In this document: positions 15,901-64,000 of the stretch, one piece after another
How the letters are laid out: every line of letters starts with the position of its first letter
How positions within the stretch are numbered: position 1 is the first letter of the stretch
Origin: the human T2T-CHM13v2.0 reference genome, Homo sapiens
Length of the DNA: 64,000 nt
Direction: 5' to 3' (one strand)
Assembly: GCF_009914755.1 (NCBI RefSeq)
Contig: NC_060939.1
Notes under the pieces: generated by a model
Told to the model about the DNA's origin: nothing
Database searches by the model: none
The model's input: only the letters and a program-made list of their open reading frames with translations
Position numbers and translations under genes: made by a program

Positions 15901-16754
15901 CAGGGTTGGTTTCATAGATGTACAACTCGTGTAAGCAAATTGTACTTGGGGTCTAATGCTCTGAGATTGCTGTCTTGGAATTCTTAATCACATTATTTTT
16001 GAATTTGCTTTTCTTAAGTACAGTCTGGTGGGACAATGAAGCATACATCAAGGACTTGGAGCCTTGGCTCCTGTGGTCCTGCTTCCAACTGCCTCCCCTG
16101 GACTTGTTCTCAGTCTTCTCCACTTCTGCCTAGCAACCACTGCCACACTCTGCCCCCAGCAGAGACCTGAGTGCAGGCATGGGGACAGTCCGGGTCAAGG
16201 GCACACCTGGTAGCATCTGAGGATTGGCCATGGCAATGTGGCCCCTGCCCCAGGCTGGCAACACCATGGCAAATTCAACAGGCGACTCAGGGGGCTGAGC
16301 CTCTCACTCACTTCTGACCCTGGTTCCTAGTGCATCCTGGCCTGGATTTTGCAACACCCCTGGGGACTGCCTGTCCGCTGTGGGTTGGTGAGGCAGGTCC
16401 ATGGGAAATGGCAATGCCTGGCTTGACTTCCCCAACCTCCGCTGGGGAACGCAGAATGCAGATCAGCGTGGTGGCTGACAGGAGGAGAAGTCCAGCAACT
16501 GGTGAATTTCACACAGAACTGAGTCAAGTCAGAGGGTGGGGCGGGGCAAGTTGTCCCACAGATATTCCCATGCCCAAGGGAGTGTAACGTTAAATAACAA
16601 ATCAAAAACACCATTCCAGGTTGAGAGAGAGACTGCAGTAAAGAAACAAGTTTTATAGATTAGTACCTTTAACGGCAATTTTGTCCCTGCTTTTTGAGTA
16701 AGAGGTCTCACATTTTTATTTTGCACTGGACTCGCAAATTATGTAGCTGTCCAG
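15901..16754. mobile_element. hAT-Tip100 non-autonomous DNA transposon (MER45B-like), both ends present
   Basis: Left end cagggttggtttcat; right end ...ttttgcactggactcgcaaattatgtagctgtccag; 8-bp hAT-type TSD ggagtgag (15893-15900) / gcagtgag (16755-16762). Confidence 0.7.
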
Positions 16755-19700
16755 GCAGTGAGCAATCAGTGAGATCAAGCTTGTGAAAGTGATGGAGGTC
16801 CTGTAAATATTGATCCTCCTTCTGTGGCAGCTGTTGTTACTGGTTTTGTTGTTTCTGTGGCTCAGAGGGATGGATGAAGTGTCTTCAGGAGCGGAGTCCT
16901 GCCAGTCAGTGGTGGGGGCTGTGACAATAAATGTTATAAAAACTGATTTTGCATTTTATTCTCAATCCTTGTAGCTACTGCTTCTTGAATTCTTCAAGCA
17001 GATGTGTTCAGATACCAGGCAAAACAGGCAGGGGCTCTGCCTGGGAGGGGTATGCCCCCACAGCCTGGCCTGAGGCACAACTGCACAGACCTCAAGGCAA
17101 ATTGTTTTGAAGCAGCTGGAACAGTCACTAAAAAGCGGTGATTTTCAGGGATGGATTCCTCTCCCCAAGGGCCTGGGCCTGGGTGTGGGTGGGGCTGGTG
17201 TGAATAGGGGCCCCCTAAGACAGTACTCTTTTCTGAGGGGCACTCAGACATCTCAGTCTTGCTCCTCCATCTCCCTGACATCCCACCAATCCACTCAAGC
17301 CCCACCGCACCTGCCCCAACCAGACCTCATTCCTGTAAAAGTCATCACAATATCTTCTTCTGGTCTCACCCGCTCTGAGCCACTCCTTATGGAGAAAGAA
17401 CTCCCTAGAACCTGTCTGTCAGTCTCTAGGCCCCTCAGAGCAAAAACCAAGTCTGCCTCCCCTTGAGGCCCCGGTCCCAGCAGGACCCTGCAGGAGTTGG
17501 TGCTCAGCAGTGCTTGTGTGCCTGGGCTGAGGAGAAGGTTGTGGTGGTCACGTGGTTGGCTTTCGGCATCCCCGGCTGCCCATTCGCAAGGCCAACCATG
17601 GGGAAGTATGAGCACGTGACCCACCTAGGGCCAAGGAGACACAAGGGAAGGTCTCCTGGGGAGCTGGGCAGAAGGGAGGGTGCAGGGGCTTTGGAGAAAA
17701 TGAGACACAAGGGCAGGTGTCCTTTTCTTTCTCTGCTTGTGGCTGTGTCTGGAGTTGTAGATGAGCTGCTGCAGCTCCTTGGCCTCCAGCCCAAGGAGGA
17801 AGATCGTAAATGCAAGAGAAACTCAGAGAGACTGAGCTGAAGCCCTCATGTACCACAGCTGGAGGCTGCCCTGCCTCCAGCCCCGTTGTGTAGATGACAG
17901 CACACGTCCTCTGTGTCAGACCCTCTGGTTTATGTTCTTTGCAGCCAAAAGCATCCTCAACTGATGCGAATAACACAGTGATGCAGAATAGCATGTGCTA
18001 AAGGCTGGCCTCTCATTCCTATGGCACCATCAGCCCCGGTGGCTTCCCTAGATTGTTTTTCCTTTTATTGACTTGGGTGAGAGGGTCTCGAGGTAGAACT
18101 GGAGAAAGGAACAATGAAACGCTTTTTGAATAGAGGGCTGTTAGTAAAAGACAACTGTGGAAGTTAAGAGCGTGTGCTTTGGCTTCGGACAGATCTAGGA
18201 CCAAAGCCCAGCCTTCTGCTTATTGCCTGCTACTTGGGTGCGTTACTTACACTCTTTAATCACTAGTTTGCCCCTCTGTAAAGTGGGGATAATGACAGTG
18301 TAACTGAGGTGGTCCGTGTGAAAAGCAGAATGATGTACCCGGTGCTGGGTAAGTACTCCAAAGCCGAATTGGCTGTCTGGTCGCCCAGCCTGGGGACCTG
18401 CAACAGGTAAGGGTGGAAGGGAGGGGAGGAGGAAGGCCTCTCTAGTAGAGAATTGCAGAGTCTCTCCAGAGGTTCCTCACATTACTTCCTTCCCCAGTTG
18501 CTCCAGCCCGTCACCAGCATGGCCCTCCATCCGGGGCTGCCCTGGCTGGACAGGTACAGTTGGGAAAGGAAGGCCTCATGTGTGGGAGCCTTGAGGTTGG
18601 CTTTGAGGGTGGGAGGATTTGCCCAGGTAAGGAAGATCAAGGAAGGCTTGCCAGAAGGGAGGCTGGGAACAGAGCAGGTGGGAGTGGGAAAGGTGCCTCC
18701 AGGGAGAGGGAAGAGGCCTGGCTGGAGCAGAAGTCTCTGGGAGGTGATGGGAAGGACACCTAGAGAGGCAGGGCAGGGAGCCCAGCTGTAAAAATTTCTG
18801 CCAATAAGCAGGCAGGAGCCTTCTGTTAACAGAGGGTCTCTAGTCTGCTCCAGACCTAGAGGCATCATCCCATCTGATGGATGGAGAAACTGAGCTCAGG
18901 GAGGCTGAGCCAGTGCTATCAGAGGTGGTGGTGCCATTGGGAGGTGAGGTGCAGCCTGGCTCACTCTATGGCCTACAAAGTTCAAGGGGATTTTTACACT
19001 ATTAATTGTCTTCAGCTGCAAGTAACAAAAAACCTGACTGGGGCGCCTTACAGATTAAAGATTAGCTCAAATCCAAGGTTTCTGGAGGTGAGGGCCTTCT
19101 GGGGGCAGTCCCATTGCTCTGCAATCCTCCCCAAAGTGTTTCCTCTTGGGTGGCTATTTCAGAGCCTGGGTGTGCCCCCTCTCTCTAAACCCTGGGCATG
19201 CATAATGGGCACTTGGGAGCTCAACTATTTCATCTGCAGCAGCTCTCATCTTATCACCCCGTCAGCTGTAAGGCAGACATCAGTGAGGGTGGTGATTTGC
19301 GGACAATCCCTGACTCACCCCATTTTGCCAGCCTGCCCTGGGCTCAGGACTTCCTGCTGCATCTTCTGCTGAGCCGGCAGGGCGTGGCGTCTCAGGGCTG
19401 GGGCTGGGGCTCTAGTCCAGGGCTCTTCCTAAGGTGGTACCACACAGTGCCCCCAGCACCTGCCCACCAAACTGGAAATTCCAGAAATATTCTCGACACC
19501 GTCTACTTTCCAAAGACTGGGTGTGGCAGATGAGGAAGCTGAGGCTCAGCGAGTTGGGGGGTCTATTAAGGTCCCTCAGCCCCTGAAAGGTGGGGTCAAA
19601 ATTAAACAAAAACTGGGCCTCAGACTGGGTTTCCAAACACCCCACTCTGTGCCTTGATAATCCTGTTTCTCTCTCCATCCATTCCCATTCACTGAGCCGG

Positions 19701-20149
19701 AAGCCTCCATCTTCAGAAGGGGGTTCTCTGCCCCAAACAGCGTCTAATCTGGAGACTTGCGGTGGTGGCGGTGGTGGTGGTGGGGGCAGTGCCGGGGCCT
19801 CAGGCTGTTCTCCCTCATCTTGCTGCCTGCTCACCTTGCCTCTGTGTGCTCACAGCCCCCCAGAGCACAGCTGTGTCTGCTCCCAGACTATGGGCTCCTT
19901 GAGGGCAGGACCTGGTTTGGGTCCCAGAGCAGCCAGGGTTTGATGAATGACAGATGCCCTAGACCTGGGTAAGCCCCTCCAGAATGACTTGCTAGTGCGG
20001 GGTGGGGAGTCTGGCATCTCTGGGCCCAGCCTGGAAGGGTGCTGGACTGGCTGGCGGGTGACACACCTGGGGTTCCTGGGCCCCTCCTGGCCACACTGTC
20101 AGTGGGCCTCAAGCTCCCTTAGCATATGGCCTCTGGAATAAAGTGAGCC

Positions 20150-20726
20150 CGCACCTCGGGAGGGGGCAAGCAGAGGCAGGAGCAGGATGGCAGGTGGCAG
20201 GCGGGGCTGCACAGGGGAGCACAGCAACTCCACTTCCTGTGGGCGAGGGCCCTGTGCCTGCCCCGGGGGAGGTTGCACAAACCTTCCTGCGCAGGCCTCG
20301 GGCTGCCTGCCTGCCTGCCTGCCTGGCCCGGCCCGAGCTCCAGCCTGCCTCTTCCACTGGCCACTGCCTCCCACCCAGGGCTGGCATCCCTGCTCCCTGC
20401 CCTGGGTCCCAGACTGTGTCCTCCATCACCGCAGGGTCGGTGAGGGGCTGGGCTGGACACCAGGGCCCGCCCTCCCATCACTGAGCTCCACTCCTTCCTC
20501 ATTTTGCTGCTGATTCTAGCCCCAAACAAAACAGGTTGAGCTTTTTCCTCCCCTCAGAAGCTCCTCTCTGGCTCGTGGCTGCCTTCTGAGTGTTGCAGAC
20601 GGCGCCGGCCGGGAAGGGGGGCCTGGGCCAGCCCTGCCAGGACTGGGACGCTGCTGCTGGCGCCTGGCCCTCCATCAGGCCAGCCTGTGGCAGGAGAGTG
20701 AGCTTTGCCGCGGCAGACGCCTGAGG
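20150..20726 (+). promoter_or_regulatory. PSTPIP1 promoter / 5'UTR region (TATA-less, GC-rich, ETS motifs)
   Basis: Directly upstream of the ATG. ETS core CACTTCCTGT at 20231-20240 overlaps a RUNX-like TGTGGG; second TTCCTG near 20284; several CpGs. The exact TSS cannot be determined from sequence. Confidence 0.6.
20306..20325 (+). repeat. (CCTG)5 microsatellite in the PSTPIP1 promoter/5'UTR
   Basis: ggctg-CCTG x5-gcccg, counted directly. Confidence 0.95.
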
Positions 20727-62325
<41,599 letters not shown>

Positions 62326-62457
62326 GGAAGGGCCAGGAGCCCCTTCGGACCTGCCCTGCCAGTGGAGCCAGCAGTGCCCCCAGCACTGTCCCCACCTTGC
62401 TAGGGCCCAGAACCAAGCGTCCCCCAGCCCCGAGAGGGAGCCTGTCGTCTCCCAGGG

Positions 62458-62463
62458 AATAAA
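62458..62463 (+). terminator. PSTPIP1 polyadenylation signal AATAAA
   Basis: Canonical hexamer about 130 nt after the stop, followed by GT/T-rich downstream sequence (ttctgttcttggtgtg...ctttttct). Confidence 0.9.
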
Positions 62464-63387
62464 GGAGTGCGTTCTGTTCTTGGTGTGCTGGGGTCCCGTT
62501 CTCTTTTTCTCCTGCTCCAGTGTCCGAGTGCTCAGTTCAGAGGAGGCAAAGGAACAAGGGAAGGAGCCTGGATGTGGAGCTCCCCAACTCAGCCGAGGCT
62601 TCAGCTATAGTTGGAGAAGAGGCCTGGCCCCAGTTGCTAGGAGCTCCCAGACTGCCAAGGAGACACATTCACACCTGGACAGAGGACACAGGGGTGCAGG
62701 AGGATGTGGCAGGGGCAAGAAGGGGCTCAGCAGGGCTGCAATGGGGAGAGCAGGCTTCTTGGGGGCAGAGGGTTGAGCAGGTCCATGGCTGGGCAGCAGT
62801 GGCCAGGCCAGGGCAAGTGCGTGGGCAAAGGTGAGGTTGGGGGTACACCCAGGAATATTCGGAGGACTCAGTTTGGAAACAGGAAGCTGGTGATGGATCT
62901 GTTGGAGAGGCCATGGTGGGAGCCCAGGAAGACAGGCTTGTGGCTTGTGGGTGCAAGTGGGGCCTGGGGAAGCCACTGCTGCCCATGACACTCCCCTCAA
63001 CATGGCAACCCCGGCCGAGCAGGGGTCCACAGCCCAGGCACGTTGGCCCCGGGCACAGAGGGAGCTGTTCTTGAAGGCCTTCAGCCCCTTCTCTTTTTAG
63101 TCCCAGGAACATAACTTTCACTGCTGGCCAAGCCCTGCTCCAACCATGATAGGCTTCATCCATGCCAAAGGCATTGGGAGTGGGTGTGGAGGAGAGGGCC
63201 CCTGGCCATTGACCACTCCTCAGTCCTGGGAGTGGCCAAGCCGGCCCACCTCACACCCTCCTGGGATCCCCACCCGGCTTCGGAGCCAGGCAGGCCCAGG
63301 ACTGTAAGGGGCGGGATGGGGGACACAGTGGTCCTCCTCTGCTGGGACCACACTGATGAGCTGCTGCAGGGCACTGCTGTTCCCCAT

Positions 63388-64000
63388 GGGGAGGGGAGAG
63401 AGAGGGAGGGGGAGGGGAGAGGGGAGAGGGGAGAGAGAGGGGAGAGAGACGGAGGAAAAGGGGGAGAGAGAAAGGGAGGGGAGAGAGACGGAGGAAAAGG
63501 GGGGAGAGAGAAAGGGAGGGGAGAGAGACGGAGGAAAAGGGGGAGAGAGAAAGGGAGGGGAGAGAGACGGAGGAAGGGGGAGAGAGAAAGGGAGGGGGGA
63601 GGGGAGAGGGAGGGGGAGGGGAGAGGGAGGGGGGAGGGGAGAGAGGGGGAGGGGGAGGGGAGAGAGGGGGAGGGGGGAGGGGAGAGAGAGAGAGGGAGGG
63701 GGAGGGGGAGAGAGGGAGGGGGGAGGGGAGAGAGACGGAGGGAGGAGGGGAGAGGGGGGGAGGGAGGGGGGAGGGGGAGAGGGAGGAGGGGAGAGGGGGG
63801 GAGGGAGGGGGAGGGGGAGAGGGGGGAGGGGAGAGAGGGAGGGGGGAGGGGAGAGAGACGGAGGGAGGAGGGGAGAGGGGAGGGAGGGGGGAGGGGGGAG
63901 GGGAGAGAGGGAGGGGGAGGGGAGAGAGGAAGGGGGAGGGGAGAGGGAGGGGAGGGGAGAGAGAGGAAGGGGGAGGGGAGAGGGAGGGGAGGGGAGAGGG
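63388..64000 (+). repeat. Polypurine (G/A) low-complexity tract with a ~39-bp tandem unit; runs off the window end
   Basis: More than 600 bp almost purely G/A; unit ggggagagagacggaggaaaagggggagagagaaaggga repeated about 4 times at 63439-63593. Confidence 0.95.

Noticed and set aside
63439-63593. ~39-bp periodic repeat superficially like a CRISPR array
   Set aside because: No unique spacers, low complexity, human context: a minisatellite.

Overview
Human (primate) genomic DNA containing the complete PSTPIP1 (CD2BP1) gene on the + strand. I traced 15 coding exons from ATG 20727 to TGA 62325. All introns are GT-AG, the spliced CDS is 1251 nt (416 aa, F-BAR + PEST + SH3), and AATAAA is at 62458. 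The codons at the known PAPA/PAMI mutation sites are wild type, and the promoter/5'UTR CCTG repeat has 5 units. Upstream lies a nested retroelement block (about 2.0-6.7 kb) with a full-length 7SL (SRP RNA) pseudogene, an L1 3' fragment, a KRT8 processed pseudogene with a 14-bp target-site duplication (TSD), and several Alus. The rest is Alu/L1/L2/MIR/MER repeats, microsatellites and a terminal polypurine tract. Nearly all ORFs in the supplied track are spurious (Alu-derived, simple-repeat-derived, antisense shadows or GC-rich noise). I found no demonstrably new system. The best leads are: (i) alternative PSTPIP1 N-termini whose ATGs sit right against an upstream stop codon, one via a candidate GC-AG cassette exon; (ii) a near-zero-spacer inverted Alu pair beside that exon; (iii) strong CTCF motifs, including a tandem pair downstream of the skippable exon 12; (iv) an unexplained 96-bp insert flanked by direct repeats. 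Repeat subfamily names and isoform recollections are from memory, not from searches.
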